A DNA stretch of 64,000 nucleotides from the NCBI GenBank assembly GCA_017412925.1, contig JAFPVP010000095.1:9981-73980 (forward strand), written 5' to 3'. The stretch is from Selenomonadaceae bacterium. Its GTDB lineage: Bacteria; Bacillota; Negativicutes; Selenomonadales; Selenomonadaceae. This document shows positions 25,024 through 33,491 of this stretch, piece by piece (within the stretch, counting starts at the first letter, position 1; every line of letters begins with the position of its first letter). A program made the translations under genes and the position numbers. Under the pieces are notes generated by a model. It worked only from the letters and a program-made list of their open reading frames with translations, ran no database searches and was not told the origin of the DNA.

Positions 25024-25046
25024 TATTTTTGTGTTTAAGCAGATTT

Positions 25047-27014
25047 TTATTGCTTAACGAGCTTTGAACCGCTGATTTTATACGTGTCGCTGTTAATGTG
25101 GAAGGTCGTAGCGGTAAATTCTTTAAGAGTGACCGAACCACCGCTAACTTTGAACGTAATCGCGTCATTTTTACTGTTGTAAGACGCCGTGAAGGCTAAA
25201 TTATCAAAAGTGAGCGTGTCTCCGTCTTCAAAACCGTAAATTATATCCTTGCCGTCGCCTTTCGCGTAGTAAAAATTATCTTTTCCGTCGTCGCCCCATA
25301 AACTGTCATTTCCTGCGCCACCCCACAACGAATCTCTGCCCGTGCCGCCTTTTATGCAGTCATTTCCTACGCCGCCGAGTAAAATATCGCCGTCTGCGCC
25401 GCCGTCGAGCGTGTCATTGCCTTTTCCGCCAACTAAACTGTCGTTTCCAGCCTCGCCAAGCAATTTATCATTGCCATCGCTGCCGTCAATCGTATCATTG
25501 CCCGCTCCTCCGAGCAAATTATCATTTCCTTTGCCGCCGTTAATCGTATCGTTGCCTTTGTCGCCGTTTAAGCTGTCATTTCCCGCGCCGCCGACTAATG
25601 TATCGTCATCATCGCCGCCAGAAATCGTATCGTCGCCATTTCCGCCAACTAAACTGTCATAACCCTTGTCTCCGAGTAAAATATCGTCGTCATCGCCGCC
25701 GGAAAGCGTATCGTCGCCTTGTCCGCCGCTTAAACTGTCATTTCCCTCGTCGCCAATCAAAATATCGTCGCCAGTGTAGCCTGAAAGCGTGTCATTGCCT
25801 TCGCCGCCGTTTAAACTGTCATTTCCTGCGCCGCCAAGCAAAATATCGTTATCATCGCCGCCGTCTAGCGTATCATTGCCCGCTCCGCCGTTTAAACTGT
25901 CGTGATTCGTGCCGCCGAGCAAAATATCATTGCCCGCGCCGCCGGAAAGCGTATCTTTTCCGTCTCCGCCGTACAAACTATCGTTTCCGCCGTTTCCGAA
26001 CAGTTTATCGTTGCCAATTCCGCCCCAAAGCGTATCTTTAGCCTTGCCGCCGACTATAGAATTGTTTTGCTCGTTGCCTTTTATCTTGATTGCCTTCGTT
26101 CGAGCCGTTCCGTCGATTGTTACGATGTCCGAATTGACCGTTACGACAGATTTATCCGAGTTCGTGACGATTTTAAGCGCAGTTTCTGCTTTTTTGCTGA
26201 CAATGTTGACCTTCGACAAGTCAGCCGCGCCGATTAAAGTAATTTTTCCGTCTCCAACAGTGATAATAACATCATTACCGCTCTTAGTCGTTGATAAATT
26301 CGCACCAGAAATGCTAAGAGTCGAAGTTTCGTTAAAACCTTCGATTGAATCGTTGCCGTCGCCATTTTTATAGGTAAGTAAAGCCTCTCTGCCGTTTCCG
26401 TACAAAATAATTTGGTCGTCGCCCTTGCCGCCAGTGATAGTTGCTTTATTCGCTCCGTTTTTAATGACATCAGCACCGTTTCCGCCGTCGAGTGTCATAC
26501 AAGATGCCCAGCCGTTTGAAATTGTATCCGCTCCATCGCCGCCGTAAATCGCTGTCAGCGAGCTGTAACTGTAATAATTGACAATTAAATCGTAACTCGC
26601 GCCGCCGTATATCGTTACTTCCGCGCCTTGATTAGAAATAGTGTCTGCGCCGTCGCCGCCGTCAATTTTGCAGCGATAACCGTAGTTTGAAATGTTATCT
26701 TCGCCTTCGCCGCCATAAATTGAAGTTAGCGAGGCGGAACTTTGGTAGTTGTAGAGATAATCTTTTCCCGATTCGCCGTCAATTATAGTTTTTGCAGCGT
26801 AGTTTAAGATTTTATCTGCGCCGTCGCCGCCATAAACCGCACTAATCGAGCCGTTACTGTCGTTGCAAAGGAAATCATCGCCGGATTTGCCATTTATCGT
26901 TACTTTCACGCCGCCAGAACAATCAATACTCAACCAATCGCCATTAAAAATTGAATCATCGCTGTTTGTGCCGGCAAGCAATGTATTCGAGGCGGTATTT
27001 TCTATCGTCGCCAT
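25047..27014 (-). CDS. RTX-type calcium-binding repeat protein, paralog 5
   Basis: 655 aa, AAGGAGG RBS. N-terminus [20 protein letters not shown]. Dense GGxGNDxL / GGDDDD repeats. The C-terminal half is near-identical to paralog 6. Tail ...[19 protein letters not shown]. Confidence 0.85.
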   Translation of the reverse strand: MATIENTASNTLLAGTNSDDSIFNGDWLSIDCSGGVKVTINGKSGDDFLCNDSNGSISAVYGGDGADKILNYAAKTIIDGESGKDYLYNYQSSASLTSIYGGEGEDNISNYGYRCKIDGGDGADTISNQGAEVTIYGGASYDLIVNYYSYSSLTAIYGGDGADTISNGWASCMTLDGGNGADVIKNGANKATITGGKGDDQIILYGNGREALLTYKNGDGNDSIEGFNETSTLSISGANLSTTKSGNDVIITVGDGKITLIGAADLSKVNIVSKKAETALKIVTNSDKSVVTVNSDIVTIDGTARTKAIKIKGNEQNNSIVGGKAKDTLWGGIGNDKLFGNGGNDSLYGGDGKDTLSGGAGNDILLGGTNHDSLNGGAGNDTLDGGDDNDILLGGAGNDSLNGGEGNDTLSGYTGDDILIGDEGNDSLSGGQGDDTLSGGDDDDILLGDKGYDSLVGGNGDDTISGGDDDDTLVGGAGNDSLNGDKGNDTINGGKGNDNLLGGAGNDTIDGSDGNDKLLGEAGNDSLVGGKGNDTLDGGADGDILLGGVGNDCIKGGTGRDSLWGGAGNDSLWGDDGKDNFYYAKGDGKDIIYGFEDGDTLTFDNLAFTASYNSKNDAITFKVSGGSVTLKEFTATTFHINSDTYKISGSKLVKQ

Positions 27015-27031
27015 GAATTTAGCCTCCTTAT

Positions 27032-27057
27032 AAAAAAATCCCGCCGATTTGACGGGA
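27032..27057 (-). terminator. intrinsic terminator (possibly leaky) between RTX paralogs 6 and 5
   Basis: Minus strand: TCCCGTC-AAATC-GGCGGGA followed by T7. It is followed at once by the RBS of paralog 5, with no separate promoter visible. Confidence 0.6.
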
Positions 27058-27079
27058 AAAAAAGTTTCAGTGCAGATTT

Positions 27080-28798
27080 TTATTGCTTAACGAGCTTTGA
27101 ACCGCTGATTTTGTACGTGTCGCTGTTAATGTTGAATGTTGTCGCGGTGAAATCTTTAAGAGTGACCGAACCACCGCTGACTTTGAATGTAATTGCGTCA
27201 TTTTTACTGTTGTAAGACGCCGTGAACGCGAGATTATCAAAAGTGAGCGTGTCTTTGCTGTCGAAGCCGAAAATAACGTCTTTGCCGTCGCCTTTTGCGT
27301 AGAAAAATTTATCCGCGCCGTCGTCGCCCCATAAACTGTCATTTCCTGCGCCGCCCCACAAAGAATCTTTGCCCGTTCCGCCTTTTATGCAGTCATTTCC
27401 CGCGCCGCCGACTAATTTATCGCTATCCGCGCCACCGTCGAGCATATCATTGCCTTTTCCGCCGTTTAAGCTGTCATTTCCCGCGCTTCCGAGCAAATTA
27501 TCATTTCCCGCGCCGCCGTCGAGCGTATCATTGCCTTTTCCGCCGTTTAAGCTGTCATTTCCCGCGCCGCCGAACAATTCATCATCATCATCGCCGCCGG
27601 AGAGCGTATCGTTGCCATTTCCGCCTACTAAACTGTCATAACCCTTGTCTCCGAGTAAAATATCGTCGTCATCGCCGCCAGAAATCGTATCGTCGCCTTG
27701 TCCGCCGCTCAAACTGTCATTTCCCTCGTCGCCAATCAAAATATCGTCGCCAGTGTAGCCTGAAAGCGTATCATCGCCCTCTCCGCCGTTTAAACTGTCA
27801 TTTCCTGCGCCGCCGAGTAAAATATCGTCGTCATCGCCGCCGTCGAGCGTGTCATTGCCGATTCCGCCGTTCAAACTGTCATCATTACTGCCTCCGAGCA
27901 GAAAATCATTGCCTTTTCCGCCGTCGAGCGTATCTTTTCCGTCTCCGCCGTACAAACTATCATTTCCAGCGTTTCCGAGCAAAATATCGTTGCCGACGCC
28001 GCCCCAAAGTGTATCTTTTCCGCTTCCGCCGCTTATCGAGTTCGCTAATTTGTTGCCTTTTATCTTGATTGCCTTAGTTCTGGCGGTCGCGTTGATTGTT
28101 ACCACCGAAGAATTGACCGTTACAAGCGCGGCGTCAGAATTTGTGACAGTTTTAAGCGCAGTTTCCGACGGAGTGCCCTTTATGTTGATAGAATAGTTGC
28201 TAGACGCGCCGACGAGCGTAATATTCCCCGTTCCGACCGTGACGATGACATTATCGCCGCTTTTTTTGGTTGCGTAGGTGCCGCTCGCGATTGAAAGCGT
28301 GTCATTGTCGTTGAAACCGTAAATTATATTCTTTCCGTCGCCGTCATTGTAAATAATTACGTTTTTATCGGCATTCGCGCCCAAACTTATTTGATTATTG
28401 CCCGCACCGGCGTTGATTGTAGCATTTTCACTTTCATTTATAATGGTATCCGAGCCGGATTCACCATTTATTTTAATATTTGTGCCTTCTGAACCTTCAT
28501 TATATATATAATCGTTACCTTCGCCGGCGTTTATCGTTACGTTATAGCCATTTGATGTGCTGTGAATTGAATCATTACCTTTTCCGCCATTTATTGTGAC
28601 ATTATCGGCTCCATTATAAATGTCATCGTTGCCATCACCGCCGTAGATTATAACTTTTTCTGCAGCAGAATAATTACTAACTTCATCATCGCCATTTGCA
28701 GCACTAATCGTGACGTTTGAGCCGTTATTTTCGATATAATCATCGCTACTCGTGCCTGCAACCAGAGTATTGTTATCCCAATTACTAAAATTAGCCAT
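27080..28798 (-). CDS. RTX-type calcium-binding repeat protein, paralog 6
   Basis: 572 aa from ATG 28798 (AGGAGG RBS; the ORF-track start at 28846 lies inside the Uma2 3' end). N-terminus [20 protein letters not shown]. Tail ...[19 protein letters not shown]. Confidence 0.85.
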   Translation of the reverse strand: MANFSNWDNNTLVAGTSSDDYIENNGSNVTISAANGDDEVSNYSAAEKVIIYGGDGNDDIYNGADNVTINGGKGNDSIHSTSNGYNVTINAGEGNDYIYNEGSEGTNIKINGESGSDTIINESENATINAGAGNNQISLGANADKNVIIYNDGDGKNIIYGFNDNDTLSIASGTYATKKSGDNVIVTVGTGNITLVGASSNYSINIKGTPSETALKTVTNSDAALVTVNSSVVTINATARTKAIKIKGNKLANSISGGSGKDTLWGGVGNDILLGNAGNDSLYGGDGKDTLDGGKGNDFLLGGSNDDSLNGGIGNDTLDGGDDDDILLGGAGNDSLNGGEGDDTLSGYTGDDILIGDEGNDSLSGGQGDDTISGGDDDDILLGDKGYDSLVGGNGNDTLSGGDDDDELFGGAGNDSLNGGKGNDTLDGGAGNDNLLGSAGNDSLNGGKGNDMLDGGADSDKLVGGAGNDCIKGGTGKDSLWGGAGNDSLWGDDGADKFFYAKGDGKDVIFGFDSKDTLTFDNLAFTASYNSKNDAITFKVSGGSVTLKDFTATTFNINSDTYKISGSKLVKQ

Positions 28799-28830
28799 AA
28801 AACTACCTCCTAAATAAAAATCTTTAAAAA

Positions 28831-29415
28831 TTATCTGTAACCCCACTTGAAAATATATTTTAGCGGTATTTTTAAGCCTTCGAGAGTTTTAACCGGCACT
28901 TCATGCTTAATTTCGGCTTTTTCCTCGTCCGTCAGCAACTCCAATTCTTTATCGTCGAAGAGAATATATTCATCATCAAGATAATATTTGCCTTCATGCA
29001 GAAAATAAACGCTAATTACCTTCATGTACGGGTCGATAATCCAATATTCGCTAACGCCTTGAGCCTCATAAATGTCTTTTTTAATAGTGAGGTCATTTTT
29101 GCGCGTAGATTTCGATAAAACTTCGACGATCATATCAGGAACTCCATAAATTCCTCTGAACCAGTCGATAATCGACGAATTTTTTTCCGTAACGACTGAC
29201 AAATCGGGCTTTAAAGTTGTACCGTCTGGAAAATGAACGTCGGTATTGTCAGAAAACACGTATCCGCTATCGTTTTCGTCCAAAAAGCTCCCGATAATCA
29301 TTCCTAGACGCATAATTACTCCACCGTGAGTGGGATTCGGTGCAGGTGCCATAATTTTTTTACCTCTGATGATTTCATAGGACGGATAAAGAAGTCGTTC
29401 ATTGATAACCTCCAT
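28831..29415 (-). CDS. Uma2-family (DUF820, PD-(D/E)XK) putative endonuclease
   Basis: ...PDLSVV...[39 protein letters not shown]... is the Uma2 core pattern. ATG 29415 preferred, with an AGGAAG RBS. Confidence 0.8.
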   Translation of the reverse strand: MEVINERLLYPSYEIIRGKKIMAPAPNPTHGGVIMRLGMIIGSFLDENDSGYVFSDNTDVHFPDGTTLKPDLSVVTEKNSSIIDWFRGIYGVPDMIVEVLSKSTRKNDLTIKKDIYEAQGVSEYWIIDPYMKVISVYFLHEGKYYLDDEYILFDDKELELLTDEEKAEIKHEVPVKTLEGLKIPLKYIFKWGYR

Positions 29416-29427
29416 AAAAACCACTTC

Positions 29428-30009
29428 CTATTCAAAGTACCAGCCAAAAATATTTCTAATTTTGACCTTGAAGCCGTCCAAAACAGCAACTGGAATTTCA
29501 AATTGGACTTCAGCGCGTTCTTCATCAGTCATATTCTCTAAATCATTGTCTTTGTAGTTCTGATATACATTGTCGAGAAAATATTTGCCGTCGCGAAGAA
29601 GATAAACTTCAATGCTCTCGCTCCAAGGATTGATAAGCCAATATTCTTTGACACCGTTGCGCTCGTAAACGTCTTTTTTAATCGTCATGTCTCGTTTCAT
29701 GGTTGAACGGGAAAAAATTTCTGCAACCATATCTGGTACGCCATAAAAATTTTCATCTTCATTGTTGAAGACGATATTATCATTTGCCGCGCCGATAAAT
29801 ATAAAATCTGGGCGCAAAGTATTTCCGTCGGGGAGATTAACATCAAAGTTATCGGAAAATGACGAGCCAAGCTTGTTAATGAATGCATGATTGCCAATCG
29901 TGAACATTAATCTGCCTACAATTTTACCATGACGCTTAAAAGGACTCGGTGCCATAAATTTTTCCCCCTCGATAAGCTCATAATCGTCGCGAATATCGAA
30001 AGCGAGCAT
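29428..30009 (-). CDS. Uma2-family (DUF820, PD-(D/E)XK) putative endonuclease, tandem paralog
   Basis: ...RPDFIFI...GVPDMVAEIFSRSTMKRDMTIKKDVYERNGVKEYWLINP... AAGGAGG RBS. Confidence 0.8.
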   Translation of the reverse strand: MLAFDIRDDYELIEGEKFMAPSPFKRHGKIVGRLMFTIGNHAFINKLGSSFSDNFDVNLPDGNTLRPDFIFIGAANDNIVFNNEDENFYGVPDMVAEIFSRSTMKRDMTIKKDVYERNGVKEYWLINPWSESIEVYLLRDGKYFLDNVYQNYKDNDLENMTDEERAEVQFEIPVAVLDGFKVKIRNIFGWYFE

Positions 30010-30072
30010 AAAATCACCTCCTTAACTAAAAATCAACCGACATCGACAGAAATTTTTGCCATTCACACCTCC
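30010..30072 (-). promoter_or_regulatory. conserved 5' leader, copy 2 (upstream of the Uma2-Uma2-RTX operon)
   Basis: Minus strand: GGAGGTGTGAATGGCAAAAATTTCTGTCGATGTCGGTTGATTTTTAGTTAAGGAGGTGATTTT-ATG. Aligns with 24808-24868 through the start codon. Confidence 0.6.
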
Positions 30073-30112
30073 TCCGCGCCGAAAAACCAATGGAAACGAG
30101 ATTTTCACAACG

Positions 30113-30140
30113 ATTATACACTATCGCGCCGATTTATCAA
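30113..30140 (-). promoter_or_regulatory. putative sigma70 promoter of the Uma2-Uma2-RTX6(-RTX5) transcription unit
   Basis: Minus strand: TTGATA (30140-30135), 16-nt spacer, TATAAT (30118-30113). Confidence 0.5.
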
Positions 30141-30145
30141 GGTTT

Positions 30146-30470
30146 CCAATGAAAATTTAAGTGTTGAGCTGAAATTTTTTGTTTTGAAACTGATTTTCTG
30201 GCTGTGAAACTGCTTTTCGGGCGTCGAAACCGATTTTTTGGCTGTGAAACGGATTTTGGAGCTGTGAAACGGATTTTTGAGTGTTGAAACGGATTTTTGA
30301 GTGTTGAAACGGATTTTTGAGCCGCGAAACGGAATTTTGAGCCTCGAAACGGAATTTTGAGCCTCGAAACGGAATTTTGAGCTGTGAACGGGCTTTGAAA
30401 GTGATTTTCGGGCGTTGAAAGTGATTTTGGGGCTCGAAAGTGGGGTTTGAGGGTGCGATTTTAGGGTCAA
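30146..30470. repeat. phased 20-bp tandem repeat array (~16 units, consensus GAAACGGATTTTTGAGYNNN), non-coding
   Basis: Unit starts fall exactly every 20 bp at 30186, 30206 ... 30386. There are two perfect adjacent duplicates (30266/30286 and 30326/30346). Units degenerate toward both ends. Confidence 0.85.
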
Positions 30471-30621
30471 AGTGCAAATTCCCATATTTGGGAATTGAAC
30501 ACTAAAAAAAGCCGCGTCACAATGCGGTTTTTTCGGGCATAAAAAAAACCCCCTGTTTTTGGGGTGATTTTGAGCGTGCAAAGTTCCAATTCCCAAATAC
30601 GGGAATTTGACATTTGGGCGC

Positions 30622-30651
30622 AAAAAAAGCCCCCGACGCTTTGTCGAGGGC
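30622..30651 (-). terminator. intrinsic terminator of the GH32 gene
   Basis: Minus strand: GCCCTCGAC-AAAGC-GTCGGGGGC followed by T7. Confidence 0.7.
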
Positions 30652-30663
30652 GAAAAACTTCTT

Positions 30664-32214
30664 TTAGTCTTTAAGGAACGGGAATTTTTCTTTCAAATCT
30701 TCGGGCGTGTCCTTAATGTGGGGGTGCGGCAGTCCGAAATCGAGTTTGTAATACTCCAGCGAATCAATTACAAGCGTTTCAGCCTCTGGCGTGAAGATAA
30801 TCTTCTGGGAAGTGCGTTTAGGATAAATTCTCGCCGAAATAACTTCCTCGCCGTCGTTGATGAAGACTTCGATGCTTGATCTGTCGATAAAAATATGGAG
30901 TTTGAGCTTATCTTGGGGTTCGATTTGAATTTCGCGGACGGAAGCAATGCCGTTAATGACTTCTCCGGCGTTTGTGCGGTCGAGTTTAAAGATTCCGTTC
31001 GCATTGTAAGTCAAAATGGTCTGTTCGAGTTCGGAAGCGCGCAAGGCGATAGAAAATTTCTTAGATTTTGCGGCGTCAATCGTCAAAACGAGTTCATAAG
31101 CCTCGCCGGAAACGCCTTCAAAGGTTGTCGCCTCGTCAATCACAAGGTTTCCGAAGGTAATTGGCTTCCATTTGCGGAGTTTTTCGAGTTCTTTAGCGGG
31201 CGTGGAGAAAATTTTGCCGTTTTTAACGTGGAGTACGCGCGGAACAGTCATCATACCAGCCCAACCGTCCTTAGCTTCGTGCATATCGACGTTCCACATG
31301 TCAAGCCAGGCAATCATAATGGTTCGACCGTCGGGAGTTTGCATAATTTGGGGCGCGTAGAAGTCAAAACCCCTGTCGAGGTACTGAAAATCGCCGTGTT
31401 TAAAGATTCCGGTCTTATAATTGAGCTTACCGATAAGAACTCCGGCTGCTTTGTCGTGATAAAAGGTTCCGTCGTCGGTTTTCAAGTCCATAGGCGAGAA
31501 AATCAGGACATCTTGCCCGTCAATTTCCGCAAAGTTGGGACATTCCCACATTCCGCCGAGATTTCCTTCAGAACGGGCGGAAATTGCTTTTAATCGCCAA
31601 GAATTGGTCAAATCTTTGGAAACGAACAGCAAAATTTGCCCGTGAGCCATATCTGGGGTGCGCGAGCCGAGAACGGCGTAATATTTTCCGTTATGTTCCC
31701 AAACTTTGGGGTCGCGAATGTCATTTATAGAAATTTCTTCGCTTTTAACGTCGCTGTCCTCGATAACGGGATTTTTTTCGGATTTTTCAAAGTGGATGCC
31801 GTCTTCGGAGGACGCTAGGCACTGAAATTCGATATGCCCGTAACCGACAGCGGCTTCTTCTTCGGGAGTTGCGCTCAAATGACCGGTGTACATGAGGTAA
31901 AGTTTGCCATCTTTCTCGATAGCGGAGCCGGAAAAGCAGCCGCCGCCCTGTTCATAGGGTTTTTCGGGCTTCAAAGCGATGGGCAAGTGCTTCCAATAGG
32001 CTAAATCGTCTGAAACGGCGTGTCCCCAGTGCATCGGACCCCATTGCGGCGCGTAGGGGTAATGCTGATAGAAAAAATGGTACTGATTTTTGTAAAAACA
32101 CATGCCGTTAGGGTCATTGCACCAACCAAACGGCGCGGCGAGGTGATAACGCGGATACCAGCGGGCGTCCGTCACCTGCGAAAAGGTTTTGAAGTCTAAA
32201 ATTGCTTCTGACAT
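30664..32214 (-). CDS. GH32 sucrose-6-phosphate hydrolase / beta-fructofuranosidase
   Basis: 516 aa with the GH32 catalytic motifs WCNDPNG (nucleophile block), RDPKV and MWECPNF. AGGAGG RBS. Confidence 0.9.
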   Translation of the reverse strand: MSEAILDFKTFSQVTDARWYPRYHLAAPFGWCNDPNGMCFYKNQYHFFYQHYPYAPQWGPMHWGHAVSDDLAYWKHLPIALKPEKPYEQGGGCFSGSAIEKDGKLYLMYTGHLSATPEEEAAVGYGHIEFQCLASSEDGIHFEKSEKNPVIEDSDVKSEEISINDIRDPKVWEHNGKYYAVLGSRTPDMAHGQILLFVSKDLTNSWRLKAISARSEGNLGGMWECPNFAEIDGQDVLIFSPMDLKTDDGTFYHDKAAGVLIGKLNYKTGIFKHGDFQYLDRGFDFYAPQIMQTPDGRTIMIAWLDMWNVDMHEAKDGWAGMMTVPRVLHVKNGKIFSTPAKELEKLRKWKPITFGNLVIDEATTFEGVSGEAYELVLTIDAAKSKKFSIALRASELEQTILTYNANGIFKLDRTNAGEVINGIASVREIQIEPQDKLKLHIFIDRSSIEVFINDGEEVISARIYPKRTSQKIIFTPEAETLVIDSLEYYKLDFGLPHPHIKDTPEDLKEKFPFLKD

Positions 32215-32226
32215 GAAATTCCTCCT

Positions 32227-32433
32227 TTAAATGAATCCGTGGTGCTTTAATTGGCGATAAACGGAGTAAATCGCGATAGGAAAGCCCAAAATTATTCCGA
32301 TAATCCTGCCTTTGCCGCCGAGTTGAAAAAAATCGTCGACGAGCCCGCCCAAATACAAACAAATAAAAATTACGGCGGCGATATAAATCCCAACGCCTGA
32401 GAGAATCGCCGCCGCCTTCCAAAAATTATTCAT
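32227..32433 (-). CDS. small two-TM membrane protein (AtpZ/AtpI-like)
   Basis: 68 aa with two hydrophobic helices separated by LGGLVDDFFQLGGKG. Resembles the AtpZ/AtpI small-protein family. Starts 3 nt after the pfkA stop. Confidence 0.4.
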   Translation of the reverse strand: MNNFWKAAAILSGVGIYIAAVIFICLYLGGLVDDFFQLGGKGRIIGIILGFPIAIYSVYRQLKHHGFI

Positions 32434-32436
32434 GCC

Positions 32437-33399
32437 TTAGACGAGCACGCTCGCCAAACGAACAAGTTCAGGGTCGAGCGGCTTTTTATTATTAACGGAA
32501 TCGAACAGATTAATCGAAACAACTTTGCCTTCGTCGAAGCCGAAAACGACATTGGAGACGCCGGAAATAATTGCAAGAGCTGCGCGTTCGCCGAGTTGGG
32601 AAGCCTTCATGCGGTCTTCGACAGTCGGGGAGCCGCCGCGCTGAATGTGTCCGAGAATGGAAACGCGGGTATCAATGCCGGTCTTCTCCTGCACGACGTT
32701 TTTCAAGCCGACACCAGAGCACGCGCCCTCCGCCACGACGATAATCGTATAGCGGCGACCTTTCTTGTAAGATTCGACAATTTCTTCGCACATTTCGTCG
32801 ATATTGTATTTGACTTCGGGAACGATGATATATTCCGCGCCGGAAGCGATGCCCGAAACCATAGCGAGCCAGCCGGAAGTGTGCCCCATGACTTCGACGA
32901 CCATGATGCGTTTGTGCGCCGAGGCAGTGTCGCGCAATTTGTTTATAGCTTCAACGGCGGTGTTGGCGGCGGTGTCGCAGCCGATTGTATAATCCGTGCC
33001 CCAAACGTCGTTGTCAATCGTGCCAGGCAAGCCGACAATCGGAATGCCGCCCATCTTCGACAGCAACGAGCCGCCCGTCAAGGAGCCGTCGCCGCCGATA
33101 ATTACAAGTCCTTCAATGCCGTGTTTCTGGAGATTATCCAAGCCCTTGCGACGACCTTCCTCCGTCTTGAACTCCTTGCAACGAGCCGTGCCAAGAAAAG
33201 TGCCGCCGCGCTGAATCAAATCGCTGACGCTCTTGCGTTGAAGTTCGATTATCTCGTCGTTGAGCATGCCTTTGTAGCCGTTTTGAATTCCGAAAACCTT
33301 TACGCCTTCATAAAGCGCAGTTCTGACGACCGCACGCGCCGCCGCGTTCATGCCGGGGCTATCGCCGCCAGAAGTCATTACCGCTATCGCATTTAACAT
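32437..33399 (-). CDS. pfkA: ATP-dependent 6-phosphofructokinase
   Basis: MLNAIAVMTSGGDSPGMNAAARAVVR..., GGDGS, PGTIDND and MGHTSGWLA motifs. Start at ATG 33399 after a GGGAGGGG RBS; the ORF-track start at 33441 has none. Confidence 0.92.
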   Translation of the reverse strand: MLNAIAVMTSGGDSPGMNAAARAVVRTALYEGVKVFGIQNGYKGMLNDEIIELQRKSVSDLIQRGGTFLGTARCKEFKTEEGRRKGLDNLQKHGIEGLVIIGGDGSLTGGSLLSKMGGIPIVGLPGTIDNDVWGTDYTIGCDTAANTAVEAINKLRDTASAHKRIMVVEVMGHTSGWLAMVSGIASGAEYIIVPEVKYNIDEMCEEIVESYKKGRRYTIIVVAEGACSGVGLKNVVQEKTGIDTRVSILGHIQRGGSPTVEDRMKASQLGERAALAIISGVSNVVFGFDEGKVVSINLFDSVNNKKPLDPELVRLASVLV

Positions 33400-33491
33400 A
33401 AATTGTCCCCTCCCGCTCAAGTTTCTAAGGTTAAAATCCACAGCGTTATTTTAAAAAATTTTCTAAGAATTGTAAAGCAAATTTTGAACCG

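Noticed and set aside
30146-30470. Possible CRISPR array (units contain GAAAC, as in many CRISPR repeat ends)
   Set aside because: Units are contiguous 20-mers with no unique spacers between them. No cas genes or leader are present in the window.
30114-30623. 169-aa and 106-aa minus-strand ORFs (30114-30623, 30157-30477) with repetitive peptide sequence
   Set aside because: They are read-through artefacts of the 20-bp tandem array, which simply lacks stop codons. A 20-bp unit is not a multiple of 3, and there is no RBS or promoter. The 5' part also crosses terminator-like hairpins.
32596-33396. 266-aa plus-strand ORF opposite pfkA
   Set aside because: The pfkA frame has all PFK motifs. The antisense ORF is Ala/Arg-rich with no start context.
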